Below are positions 9,213 through 19,057 of a stretch of DNA of 64,000 nucleotides, in pieces (within the stretch, counting starts at the first letter, position 1; the number at the start of each line of letters is the position of its first letter). Under the pieces are notes generated by a model. That model was not told where the DNA came from. It saw only the letters and a list, made by a program, of their open reading frames with translations, and searched no databases. This DNA comes from a virus (lineage: Duplodnaviria; Caudoviricetes): the IMG/VR virus record IMGVR_UViG_3300025015_000022, positions 20,465-84,464 of that record. One strand, 5' to 3'. The position numbers were made by a program, and so were the translations under genes.

Positions 9213-9500
9213 GTGAGCGAGCGCATCCCGATCGTCACCCACGCATGCGGCCATCGCTGGGATGTCCCACGCTCGACGCCAGAGCAGCGTGTGCAGATGG
9301 AGCGGGATCCGTGCCCAACGTGTGGGGTGGGGATCACCGTCTCGTGCTTGTCGCCGGACGATGCGTTCGCTGAAGCCTGCGCGCTCGTGGCTTCGTTCGA
9401 AGGCTTGGTGGACACGGCAGCAAACCGGGCAGGCTTGGTTGTTGCGCGGCGCATCCGAGCGCTCGTCTACCGCCAGGCCACCGATGGGCGCCATCGATGA
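9213..9500 (+). CDS. zinc-finger-like hypothetical protein
   Basis: HACGH...CPTC. Confidence 0.55.
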   Translation: MSERIPIVTHACGHRWDVPRSTPEQRVQMERDPCPTCGVGITVSCLSPDDAFAEACALVASFEGLVDTAANRAGLVVARRIRALVYRQATDGRHR

Positions 9501-10492
9501 CCCCCGCAGAGCGCGTCCACCGCCGAGGCTGCTGCGCCTGCGAGCACGCACCCAAGGGCACCCCCCGCGGCACCGTCCCTCAGCCAGAGATCCCGCTACC
9601 TTGCGGTCGTACCCCAGGCACCTGCACCTACGGCCTCGACGCCGCCCTGGCCATCGACGACAAGCAGGCCCCGATCTTCGACGAGGTGAGCGAGGAGGAC
9701 GGTTCCTGGCGTACCGAGGAAGCTGGAGCCTGGCACGAGTCGAAGGAAGACTACGCCGATCGCCAGAACACCGCCGCGTCCATCGCCCCATACCTCGCGG
9801 TGCTCCCTCACCTGGCGGGCGTCCTCTCCGACAAGCAGCGCGAGGTGGTCAACGCGCTTCTCGACGATCGCAGGCAAGCCGACCTCTCCCGAGGCAGGGA
9901 CGTGATCAGGCAGACTACCGGCGTCCACTTCAAGCGGGCCAAGACCCGCCTGGGCGACATCTTCACCACGCTCCGGCGGGAGTCGTGCGCCTGCGCCGTT
10001 GGGAGGACCACGCTCGAAGACGGCTTGCAGTCGCTTGCCAGGATCGCCAACACGATGACCGCGCACCAGGCGCTGGTCATGCTGGAACTCGTGGCAGGCA
10101 ACCACACCTCGTGGTACCAACTCGGCGCGTTCTTTCACGTCGACCCTGCCGCAGTGACGTACCTGGTGCTTCGGGTGGTCGCTCGGATCGAGGCGGTGGT
10201 CGACGGTGCTGCAGACCCAATGTCGTGGAAGTCTGGCATCCCCAGCAGGGTGTGCACGGAGGGTGGCGTGCTCGCTGAGCTTCGTCACCCAGCTTCTGCC
10301 ACCGACCTGCCGATCAAGATCCGTCGAACGCTCGCCACCCAACTGGCTGGAATCTACGTGTCCAGGTGTCGCGTCGAGGATGTCAACCCAGACCGAAAAG
10401 CGGTGTGGGCTGGCAAGAGGATCTTGAAGCTCATCCATGCTGACTTCGCGTTAGCGGCAGCTAACTCCATCGCTGCTCTCGACACGCTCTAG
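9497..10492 (+). CDS. putative late transcription regulator (Cys-rich N-terminus, sigma-r4-like HTH)
   Basis: LSDKQREVVNALLDDRRQADLSRGRDVIRQTTGVHFKRAKTRL resembles sigma70 region 4; lies directly upstream of the terminases. Confidence 0.5.
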   Translation: MTPAERVHRRGCCACEHAPKGTPRGTVPQPEIPLPCGRTPGTCTYGLDAALAIDDKQAPIFDEVSEEDGSWRTEEAGAWHESKEDYADRQNTAASIAPYLAVLPHLAGVLSDKQREVVNALLDDRRQADLSRGRDVIRQTTGVHFKRAKTRLGDIFTTLRRESCACAVGRTTLEDGLQSLARIANTMTAHQALVMLELVAGNHTSWYQLGAFFHVDPAAVTYLVLRVVARIEAVVDGAADPMSWKSGIPSRVCTEGGVLAELRHPASATDLPIKIRRTLATQLAGIYVSRCRVEDVNPDRKAVWAGKRILKLIHADFALAAANSIAALDTL

Positions 10493-10514
10493 CATCCCAC
10501 GCGATCGCGGCGCT

Positions 10515-10543
10515 TGACGCCAGTTCGAGATTCCCCTAAACAG
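10515..10543 (+). promoter_or_regulatory. candidate sigma70-type promoter for packaging genes
   Basis: TTGACG-17 nt-TAAACA, followed by an AT-rich tract upstream of terS; -10 is imperfect. Confidence 0.35.
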
Positions 10544-10596
10544 ATTGGTGAACAGAGCCAGCAGATCACTGGTTTTTTGTTGTTGGCGGGGGGTGC

Positions 10597-11319
10597 ATGG
10601 CGACGAAGGACGGATCTAAGGGCAACGGTTCCGCGTCGGCAGAGATCGCGCCAGCCATCCAACCCAAGCCGAAGCGGAAGTACCGGCGTGCGAACATGCA
10701 CCCCTGGGAAACCATCAAGCGTGAGTACCTCTACGGGTTCATCAACGACGCAGGTACGCGGGTGTACCCCAACCTGCGCCAGTTGGCAGAGCGCTACCAC
10801 GTCCCGTTGAATTCGATCGGGGGCGTGGCGGTTCGCGGCAACAGCACCGTCACGGGCGAGTGGGCCAAGGAACGCGACCAGGCGCAGGTGGCGATCGAAG
10901 AGGAGGCCAAGAAGCGGGCGGTGGCGCAGTTCGGCGCGGAGTTGGCGAAGACCGAGGCGCGGCACCTGCGCGGACACCACGCGGCAGAGGCGGCGATCGC
11001 GATGGCGCTGTACGAGACGGACGCTGACGGGCACTTCATCCAGCCGAATCGCTTCCGCAAGGAACTGAGCCCGCAGGACATCAAGGCGCTCTACTCGGTC
11101 TACTGCGAGGCGACCGACCGGCAGCGGATCCTCATGGGCCAGCCCACGCAACGAATCGAGATCATCGAGCAGCAGCAGAGCGAGCCCGCGGTGCTGCGGC
11201 TGCTGACGATGGAAGACCTGGCGAACGCTGGCCGGCAGTTGGCGGCGGCGATGACTGCCAGGAAGCGGGTGACGCTCATGCTGCCCGACGACCCCAACGA
11301 CGTAATCGTGGAGCAGTAG
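10597..11319 (+). CDS. terminase small subunit
   Basis: WETIKREYLYG...NLRQLAERYHVPLNSI HTH, helical C-terminus; directly upstream of terL. Confidence 0.7.
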   Translation: MATKDGSKGNGSASAEIAPAIQPKPKRKYRRANMHPWETIKREYLYGFINDAGTRVYPNLRQLAERYHVPLNSIGGVAVRGNSTVTGEWAKERDQAQVAIEEEAKKRAVAQFGAELAKTEARHLRGHHAAEAAIAMALYETDADGHFIQPNRFRKELSPQDIKALYSVYCEATDRQRILMGQPTQRIEIIEQQQSEPAVLRLLTMEDLANAGRQLAAAMTARKRVTLMLPDDPNDVIVEQ

Positions 11320-11411
11320 ATGGCGGTCTCCACGCGGTGGACGAACCAGACTCGGGCCGCCTGTAGAGCGGCGGTGCGCGATCTGGTATTTTTGGCTTCG
11401 TCGTGCCATCC

Positions 11412-13151
11412 ATGACGCTCGCCAGCCGGCAGACGCGCGCAGAGGTAACGCCGCTCGACCTGGTGGCAGAACCGAGCGGACGCAGATGGATGGTCAAGGC
11501 GTCCCCGGGGTTCTTCGCGCACTACTATCTGGGTCGCGACTTCGTGGCGCACCAGGACCGCTGGTACGACATGTTCATGCAGCACCGGCGGCTGTTGCTG
11601 CTGGCCCCCCGTGGCCACGGCAAGACCGAGGCGCTGGTCCGCGTGTTCGCTGAGTCGCGGATCTGCGTCGACCGCTCGGTGCGCATCCTCGTGATCTCGA
11701 AGACCAAGGATGAGGCCAGGAAGCGTGTCGACCAGGTGCGACGCGACCTGGAGAGCAACTCGCGGATCATCGAAGACTTCGGGTCGTTTTCGCCGCGGGT
11801 GGTGCCCGACAGTAGGAACCGCAGGCCCGGGCGCAGCTCGGAGCGGTGGTCCAGCACGCAGTTCTACGTGACCGGGCGCAAGTCCTCTCGCGACGCCACG
11901 ATGGAGTCAGTAGGCGTGGGCGGGGCCATCACGGGCGGGCACTTCGACCTGATCATCCTCGACGACCCGATCGAACTCAGTGATGCGCGAAGCCAGGCCA
12001 AACGTGATTCGGTGTGGGACTGGTTCCAGGGCACCGTGCTGAAGCTGGTCGAGCCGCACGGGAAGGTGGTCGTAATCGGCACCAAGAAGCACGCCGACGA
12101 CCTGTACGGGCGGATCATCGCGGGGGACGGGCGGTTCGAGGCCATCACCGACCGGGCCATCCCCGACGAGGAGTGGCTGAGTCGTGGGGAGTGGAAGTAC
12201 CTCACGCGCAAGGGCGAGGGAGGGCGCGTCGTGACCTACGGGGCGGAGGTCATTGGGGAGCGCACGGAGCCCTTGTGGCCTGAGCGGTGGTCCCTCGAAA
12301 ATCTGCTGTTGGAGTACAAGGAATCGAGCCTGACGTTCATGCGGGAGTTGCAGAACCGTATGATGGACGACGCCAAGACGGTGTTCAAGCGCGCCTACTT
12401 CACCGGTGGCACGGTCGAGAGCCTGCCTGGGATCGTGCTTCCGGGCTGCTACGAGCCGACGTACACGCTGAGCCCCCCGGGTGCGGAGTACCGACCTCAT
12501 CCGGCGCTGGCGCACCTGCACATCTTGCAGGCGTGGGATCTGAGCCTGGTGGACTCGAAGGAGAAGGCAGAGCGTGACGACAGCGACTTTATGGTCGGGC
12601 TGACGATCGGCTACGACCCCTCGACAGAGGAGCGCTGGTTGCTGGGGTTCTACCGGGACCGCGGGGTGTTGCCTTCCCAGGTCACGGGTGCCATCAAGCT
12701 GGAGTGCGCGCGGTTCGGGGGGGGAGGGCAGGTCAGGTTCGTGGCGGTCGAGCGGAACGCGTTCGGGCGGCTGCACGAGTTGAAGCTGCGGGCCACCACG
12801 GCGCTTCCCCTGGTCGGGCACACCACGGGGAAGAACAAGGCGGACCCCGACGACGGCGTGTTCAAGCTGGTCGGACTTTTAGAGAATGGCAAGTGGCGGA
12901 TCCCGACTGGGGACCTCTACAGCCGGCAGGTTGCCCAGCTTGTGGAGAACGAGTTCGTGGGCTACGGGGTGGAGAGTCACGACGACATTGTGCTGGCGAG
13001 TTGGATCGCGGAGTGCCTGGTGGCGCGGTACGAGCGGTTCCTGTTCGCGCGGGGGTCTCGCGGTGCTTCTGGTGCCGATGGTGTGGACCGGGGAGAGATG
13101 AAAACGCAGCGGCCGTCAGTGGGCGTGCGCCCGTCGCGAGCCGACGCATGA
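11412..13151 (+). CDS. terL: terminase large subunit
   Basis: Walker A LLLAPRGHGKT, Walker B GGHFDLIILDDP, VVIGT coupling motif, nuclease AWDLS...DSDF...HDDIV. Confidence 0.95.
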   Translation: MTLASRQTRAEVTPLDLVAEPSGRRWMVKASPGFFAHYYLGRDFVAHQDRWYDMFMQHRRLLLLAPRGHGKTEALVRVFAESRICVDRSVRILVISKTKDEARKRVDQVRRDLESNSRIIEDFGSFSPRVVPDSRNRRPGRSSERWSSTQFYVTGRKSSRDATMESVGVGGAITGGHFDLIILDDPIELSDARSQAKRDSVWDWFQGTVLKLVEPHGKVVVIGTKKHADDLYGRIIAGDGRFEAITDRAIPDEEWLSRGEWKYLTRKGEGGRVVTYGAEVIGERTEPLWPERWSLENLLLEYKESSLTFMRELQNRMMDDAKTVFKRAYFTGGTVESLPGIVLPGCYEPTYTLSPPGAEYRPHPALAHLHILQAWDLSLVDSKEKAERDDSDFMVGLTIGYDPSTEERWLLGFYRDRGVLPSQVTGAIKLECARFGGGGQVRFVAVERNAFGRLHELKLRATTALPLVGHTTGKNKADPDDGVFKLVGLLENGKWRIPTGDLYSRQVAQLVENEFVGYGVESHDDIVLASWIAECLVARYERFLFARGSRGASGADGVDRGEMKTQRPSVGVRPSRADA

Positions 13152-13161
13152 GGAGACGACC

Positions 13162-14817
13162 ATGGACGAGAAGCAGCGACTGGTGCTGAGCGCGCGGTCC
13201 TACGGCACGAAGAAGCGCGGGGGGGACAGCGACCGGAGCCAGCAGACCGACCCGTTCAAGCAGTCGTACGCGAATGGCAAGATCCTCGAACCCCCGTGGA
13301 GCCCGGACAACTTCGCGGCGCTGAACGAGACGGTGGACATCATGCCCCCGATCGTCGACGCGCTGCGGATCAACATCGAGCAGCAGGGCGCTGGGCTGCG
13401 GAAGCGGCACGAGGAAATCAACGAGGGAGACCCCCTGGTTGTGGCTGAGTGGGACGTGGCGACGGACCTACTGGAGTCGTGCACGGAAGACGGCGTGGAG
13501 AGCCTGCGAGGCTTCGTGCGTGATGATCTCACGTTGACGGGGTCGGGGTACATCGAGGTGCTCCGGGAGACGGCGAGCATGGCCCGTGCGCGGAAGCGAG
13601 CGGCGGGAGATGACGGCCAGGCCAACGCTGGTTCCAAGCGGCGCCCGTACTTCTTTCTGCACGCGCCCTCGTACCGTACGCGGATCTGCGTGCCGGACGA
13701 AGACGCGTCGAAACCGATCGATGCTACCCGGTGGGTGCTGGTCGACGGCGAGTGGACCGAGCGGAAGGTACTTCGGACGTTCCGCAAGTTCGCGCAGATC
13801 AAGCCTGGGTCCAGTGAGTTGCGGTATTTCAAGGAGATGGACGACCCCCGGACGCTGAACGCGTTGACGGGGAAGTACGACGAGGGCACGTCTGCGGCAG
13901 AGCGGGCGACCGAGATCTGGATGACGGGGTTCTTCAACGGGCGCTCGGCGTACGGCATCCCGAAGTTCGCGGCGGCGCATTACGCCATTGGAGGCCTGGT
14001 CGAGAGCGAGCGGGGGAATTACGAGTACCTGTTCAACAACGGCATCCCGGCGATGGTGGTCCTGGTCTCGGGGGGTGTGTTGACGGGCGAGGCGAACCAA
14101 GCAGTGATGGAGCGCTTCGACGAGGTGCGGGGCAAGATCGGCGCGGTGCTGGTTCTGGAGGCCAAGCCGTTCGACAAGCCGGGCATGGACGCGATGGAGC
14201 CCGGGAGCCCGGCGGGGCAGGTGAAGATCGAGATCAAGCCGCTGGCGGAGTTGATTCGTGAGGACGCGCTGTTCTTGAAGTACATCGCGGCACAGCACAA
14301 GATCATCCGAGGCGTCTGGCGCGTCCCGCCCCTGCTGATGGGCATGGCCGACGACTACAGCTACGCGACGGCATACGTGAGCATGACGATGTTCGAGGAC
14401 CAGGTCTGCCAGCCCGAGCGTGGGCGGTTCGACTCGTTCATGAACCTGCGCGTGTTCCCGCAGATCGGTGTGAGTTCGTGGTTGTACCAGAGCAAGGGCG
14501 TGAAGAGCGGGCAGATGGCGGAGATCGCGGCGTTGGTCAACGCTGGGGTCGCGGCTGGTGCCGGGAACCCGAACGTGTGGGGACAGGTGATCGGCGATCA
14601 ACTCGGGTACGACATCCCGCAGGTCGACGGCCCAGATGGGGAGCAGGCGTTCGCGCTGACGTTGAAGAAGCTGGAGCAGACGCAGGCGCTGTTCTCGGGG
14701 ACGGCGAAGGCGACGGCGGCCAACGAGGTGGCGGACCTGGTGATCGCCGGGCTGACCGAGGCGGGGCGGAAGTGGGAGCGCATGACCGACGCAGAGAGGA
14801 AGGCTGTACGTGGCTGA
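13162..14817 (+). CDS. portal protein (PBSX/XkdE-like)
   Basis: Follows terL; LTGSGYIEVLR, SAYGIP, YLFNNGIPAMVVLVSGG, VWRVPPLLMGMADDYSYATA. Confidence 0.9.
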   Translation: MDEKQRLVLSARSYGTKKRGGDSDRSQQTDPFKQSYANGKILEPPWSPDNFAALNETVDIMPPIVDALRINIEQQGAGLRKRHEEINEGDPLVVAEWDVATDLLESCTEDGVESLRGFVRDDLTLTGSGYIEVLRETASMARARKRAAGDDGQANAGSKRRPYFFLHAPSYRTRICVPDEDASKPIDATRWVLVDGEWTERKVLRTFRKFAQIKPGSSELRYFKEMDDPRTLNALTGKYDEGTSAAERATEIWMTGFFNGRSAYGIPKFAAAHYAIGGLVESERGNYEYLFNNGIPAMVVLVSGGVLTGEANQAVMERFDEVRGKIGAVLVLEAKPFDKPGMDAMEPGSPAGQVKIEIKPLAELIREDALFLKYIAAQHKIIRGVWRVPPLLMGMADDYSYATAYVSMTMFEDQVCQPERGRFDSFMNLRVFPQIGVSSWLYQSKGVKSGQMAEIAALVNAGVAAGAGNPNVWGQVIGDQLGYDIPQVDGPDGEQAFALTLKKLEQTQALFSGTAKATAANEVADLVIAGLTEAGRKWERMTDAERKAVRG

Positions 14818-15904
14818 GCACGTCTGCGGCTGTGGCGAGCACGGGGCGTGGTGGGGCTGTGGCTGCGGGCATGACCTGCACACGCTGTCGCTGGGTGAGG
14901 CCACACGTGTACGCAGGCTTGCGACGGGGCTGAGGTTGCTCACGGGGCAGATGCGCGAGGCGGACCCGTACACGCTGGAATGGCTACTGGAGCGCGAGGC
15001 GCTGCTGGCGGAGGAGCTGGAGCCGCAGGTCGTACAGATGGGGGGCGACCTCATCGACGAGATCATGAAGGAGCTGAGCGAGTTGAAGGCGCTCGACGGT
15101 GAGTTGACGCCCCGCGAGATCAAGGGGATCGCCAACGACACCGAGGCCATGCTGCAGAAGGCGTCGGAGATGTTCTCGACGGACCTGGCTCCTACAGTGG
15201 GCGAGCACGCGGCGCGGGTGTACAAGAACGTCAGGACCATCAAGGGCACCATCGGCGTCGACTTCTCGCTGGTCGACAAGAAGGCGATCGCGTGGATGAA
15301 GAAGGACCCCGCGGTCTGGGTGAAGAAGCACTTCGCCGACGACGTGACGGCGCGGGTCAAGACGATCTCCGCCAACGCGTTGAAGGAAGGCTGGGGGCGC
15401 GTGGAACTGGCGCGCGTGATGGAAGCGGAGTTGCAGAACCAGGTGGTGGGGTACGGGTATTGGGAGGTGCTGGCGGCGGCGAACCTGAACCGCTCGCGGA
15501 CTTGGAGCGCGTACGAGTCGATGGTGGAGCAGGGGGTCTCTAAGAGCCTCTGGTCAGCGACGGGCGATGAGCGCATGTGTCCTACGTGTTCTGCGCTCGA
15601 CGGCACGGTGTTCTCGGTAGCCACTGCGGTCGACCAGCACCGGGCGATTGTCGACGCGGACCCCAGCCCAGAGGAGTACATCGACCTCAATCCGTGGGTG
15701 GGGACGGGGGTACGCGAGAATGCCGACGGCGAGAAGGAGCCGTGGTTCTACACGACGGACTCGGCGAAGGTGAAACACGACGTGACGGCGCAGTTCAACG
15801 CGCTGACGCCTGGGAAGGCCGACGACGGGAAGGCGATCCAGGAGTTGGGGATCACGTGTCCCGCTCACGGCAGATGTCGTTGTTCAGTTGAGCCCGTCGA
15901 CTGA
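14810..15904 (+). CDS. head morphogenesis protein (SPP1 gp7/Mu gpF-like)
   Basis: WSATGDERMCPTCSALDG and C-terminal PAHGRCRC. Confidence 0.85.
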   Translation: MAEHVCGCGEHGAWWGCGCGHDLHTLSLGEATRVRRLATGLRLLTGQMREADPYTLEWLLEREALLAEELEPQVVQMGGDLIDEIMKELSELKALDGELTPREIKGIANDTEAMLQKASEMFSTDLAPTVGEHAARVYKNVRTIKGTIGVDFSLVDKKAIAWMKKDPAVWVKKHFADDVTARVKTISANALKEGWGRVELARVMEAELQNQVVGYGYWEVLAAANLNRSRTWSAYESMVEQGVSKSLWSATGDERMCPTCSALDGTVFSVATAVDQHRAIVDADPSPEEYIDLNPWVGTGVRENADGEKEPWFYTTDSAKVKHDVTAQFNALTPGKADDGKAIQELGITCPAHGRCRCSVEPVD

Positions 15905-16044
15905 TCGCAGCCTGCAATCTCGACTTCCTCACCACGCTTGACACCTAGAAAAACCTCGGCACCATGTAGGGAAATCACAGGCGATACGAACGTGGCACGC
16001 GTTCTCCGTGCTGCTCCGCACCGCCGGAAGGCCTGGGCTGTGGC

Positions 16045-16878
16045 ATGTCTAGGACGTTCGACCAGACCCTGGAAGACCTGGCCCTGCGGATCGCGGAGAG
16101 GCTTGGGAAGACGGGGGGCGGGGCGTTGCCTGTGGCGGCGTTGGCGGTGGAACCGCTGCCCATTGTGGCTGGCGGGGCGCTTCCGATCGTAGCCACCGGA
16201 CCGTTGCCGATCGTGGCGGTCGAGTCCCTGCCGACGGTCATTGCAGCCCCGGTGGTGGTGGCGTCGGCGTCGACGATCGCGCTGAGGCGGCACGAGCTGG
16301 GCGACCCCGGTGAGTGCTGCGACATGGCGACAGAGGCCACGCTGGCCGCCGTGCTCGACCACCTGCTCGGGTGCGCCACCGAGGATACGCTCTCGGACCT
16401 GCTGAACCGCATCCCGGCAGACCTCGACCCTGCCACGCAGGCGACGCTGGCCGACCTGCTGGCGACGGCCCGATCGGTCGTGGCCGACGGGCGCGTTGCC
16501 GTGCGTGTGACGAACTTGCCCGCGGTCCAGCCCGTGACGGTGGCGAGCCTGCCGCTTCCCGCTGGTGCCGCGTCGGAGGTGACGCTCGCGGGCATCCTGG
16601 CGGCGCTCGAAGCGATGGTCCCGGCGACGCACCTGGCGCACATCACAACCGCTGGGACGCGCACGCTGAAGGTCGGGACCGGCGTGCTGCGCGGCGTGAC
16701 GTGCAACGGCAAGGCCGGCATCAAGGCCACCATCTACAACGGGGTCGACGCTGGCGGAGAGGTGATCGCCGAGATCACAGCGAACGGCTGGGCGGCGCTC
16801 CCGTACGAAGGCGAGTTCACCGTGGGGCTGACCATCGTGACGACGGGCACGTGGGATCTCACCGTGGCGTGGAAGTAG
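16045..16878 (+). CDS. probable virion structural protein with LPIVA repeats
   Basis: Repeats LPVAA/LPIVA/LPIVA/LPIVA/LPTVI; beta-rich C-terminal domain; inside the head module. Confidence 0.6.
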   Translation: MSRTFDQTLEDLALRIAERLGKTGGGALPVAALAVEPLPIVAGGALPIVATGPLPIVAVESLPTVIAAPVVVASASTIALRRHELGDPGECCDMATEATLAAVLDHLLGCATEDTLSDLLNRIPADLDPATQATLADLLATARSVVADGRVAVRVTNLPAVQPVTVASLPLPAGAASEVTLAGILAALEAMVPATHLAHITTAGTRTLKVGTGVLRGVTCNGKAGIKATIYNGVDAGGEVIAEITANGWAALPYEGEFTVGLTIVTTGTWDLTVAWK

Positions 16879-17033
16879 ACGCCCTCTCGCCTGCCGATCG
16901 CGTTGCCACCCGCTTGCCACCCCTCCGACGCCTACCGCCACCGCTCGCCTGTCCGTCTCCACCGTGACGCCCCCGCTTGTCGGACGCTCGACGCATAGAT
17001 GAGACCGTGTGGCGAACCAACCGGGGGTATTCC

Positions 17034-19001
17034 GTGGCGAAGAAGACGAAGCGCACGATCGCGAAGTTCGTCGACGTGTCCCCCATGTTCGTCAGCCTCG
17101 TGTCGAATCCCGCCAGCAAGCGTTACTTCACCGACGTTCTCCGCTCGGAAGACCTGACGCACGCCGAGGGCATGGCTGGCGTGGTCTACCGCTCGGACGA
17201 GCCCGGGGTTGCCGAGGCGATCGCGTTCCTGCGTGACGGCAAGGCAGGCGTGGTCCAGGTGGGTGGTGTCGAGCGGTCGGCTCGTCGGTTGGTCATGCCG
17301 ATCGTGCGTATCGATCGCGAGAAGCGCACCGTCTACGGGTCCGCCTACTGCCCGCCCCTCGACGTGCAGGCCGGCGCGGACATCACCCGGGCGGAACTCG
17401 ACGAGAAGGTCGACACGTACGGGACGTTCATGGACTCCGAGACATTGGAGACCCTGGCGCACACGTACATGGAGGTTTCCCGGGGCGTCGACGTGATGCA
17501 CTCGTTCAAGGCGGTTGGTGCCGTGCCGGTCGAGAGCACGATCATCCGCGAGGGCGAGACGACCGAAGACTACCCGCACGTCGGGATGTGGAAGCTCGGC
17601 GTGAAGGTCAACGACGACGCCGTGTGGGCGCGGGTCGACAGCGGGGAATTGAACAGCTACAGCATCGCGGTCATGGCCGCGTTCGAGTCGATGGACGTGT
17701 TCGTGGTCGACGACGAGGCAGGTGAGGCCACGGCTTCGGCGCGGTCTGCCGACGAGCCCGCCGAGATCCCTGCCCCCGACGCGAGCCCCGAACCGCCCCC
17801 CGCCCCCGCGGTCAAGCGGACCTGCGTGGCGTTCCAGGACCTGCCGATCGCCCCCGAGGATACCGCCTGGGACGGCGCAGCGGCGGACCAGCGGTTGCGT
17901 GAGCTGTGCAGCGACGACGGTTCCGGCGACGCCGACAAGATGGATTGGGAAGCCTACACGCGCGGTTTCCTGTGGGTCGACGAAGCGGCGCCCGAGAACT
18001 TCGGCTCGTACAAGCTCGGCGTGGCCGACGTGGTCGACGGCGAGTTGCTGGCGGTGCCCGCGGGGATCTCCGCGGCTGCCGGGCGGTTGAACCAGATCGA
18101 GATCAGCGAGGAAGACCAGGCCATGTGCCAGGCGCACCTCGGGAATTACTACGTGAAGATGGGCAAGCCCGCCCCGTGGGAAGGCAGCGCTGACCGTGGC
18201 GTCGCTCCCACCCCGGCGGAGGAGCCCGCTGCTCCTGCTCCAGTGGCAGACGACGTCCCGGCCCCCGCCGCTCGCGGCAAGTTCATGGACGAGGTCAACG
18301 AGAAGCTCGTGACCGCCGAGCCGATGAACCGGCTGTGGTTGGCGATGTACGCGCTCGAGGACTTCCTGACCGACCATCTGTGGAGTTGGGACGGCGAGTA
18401 CACCACCGAAGACGTGGGCGTGGCCTTCGACGAATGCCGGGCCTTCGTGCTCGAGCAGTTGGCGATGCTGGACGGGCTCCGGGACGCCGATGCGAAGACG
18501 ACGCTGGCGCATGCCATGCTCGAAGCCCGCTACACGCTGGCAGAGCGCGTGGGCAAGAAGATCGCCAAGGCCCGCTTGGACAAGATCGACCAGGCCAAGC
18601 GCCTGCTGGACGAGGTGATCGCGGACGCCACCGACATCGTGGAAGAGTCGGCGGGCCCCGCGGCAATCGACGCTCCCGCCCCTGCACCTGCGGTCGACCC
18701 CGCTACTCCCGCTGACCCCCTGGCCGCCGTTCGTGGCGATCTCGCGGGGCTGATCGAGCGCGTGGCCAAGGTCGAAGGCTTCTCCACCCGCCTCGACGAG
18801 TTGGTGGCACGCATGGACGCCATGCCCACGGGCGAGGTGCTCATGAAGCTGCGGGAAGACCTCGACGACATCATGGAAGACCTGGGGCTGGCGACTCCTG
18901 AGAACCGTCAGGCGGAAGCCGAAGACGGCACGCCCCAGACTCGTGAGGAGAAGAAGGCAGTGATTCGCGGCGCCGACTTCGGTCGGTTCTGCCGCCGGTA
19001 G
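17034..19001 (+). CDS. prohead protease (XkdF-like) fused to extra domain and scaffold
   Basis: FVSLVSNPASK, RTVYGSAY, VDTYGTFMD, VESTI, WKLGVKVNDDAVWARVDSGELNSYSI; then WDGAAA...NFGSYKLGVADVVDGEL domain and acidic helical C-terminus. Start GTG 17034 inferred from RBS. Confidence 0.85.
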   Translation: MAKKTKRTIAKFVDVSPMFVSLVSNPASKRYFTDVLRSEDLTHAEGMAGVVYRSDEPGVAEAIAFLRDGKAGVVQVGGVERSARRLVMPIVRIDREKRTVYGSAYCPPLDVQAGADITRAELDEKVDTYGTFMDSETLETLAHTYMEVSRGVDVMHSFKAVGAVPVESTIIREGETTEDYPHVGMWKLGVKVNDDAVWARVDSGELNSYSIAVMAAFESMDVFVVDDEAGEATASARSADEPAEIPAPDASPEPPPAPAVKRTCVAFQDLPIAPEDTAWDGAAADQRLRELCSDDGSGDADKMDWEAYTRGFLWVDEAAPENFGSYKLGVADVVDGELLAVPAGISAAAGRLNQIEISEEDQAMCQAHLGNYYVKMGKPAPWEGSADRGVAPTPAEEPAAPAPVADDVPAPAARGKFMDEVNEKLVTAEPMNRLWLAMYALEDFLTDHLWSWDGEYTTEDVGVAFDECRAFVLEQLAMLDGLRDADAKTTLAHAMLEARYTLAERVGKKIAKARLDKIDQAKRLLDEVIADATDIVEESAGPAAIDAPAPAPAVDPATPADPLAAVRGDLAGLIERVAKVEGFSTRLDELVARMDAMPTGEVLMKLREDLDDIMEDLGLATPENRQAEAEDGTPQTREEKKAVIRGADFGRFCRR

Positions 19002-19057
19002 GTAATTGGATCGTGCGGCACGTGGCCGCGTGAACTTGGCAACCTGAGGAGGATCAC

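Noticed and set aside
11227-11236. GCTGGCCGGC in terS as a trans target of the leader CGGCCA loop
   Set aside because: Such GC-rich 8-10-mers occur several times by chance in this genome and it is not near an RBS.
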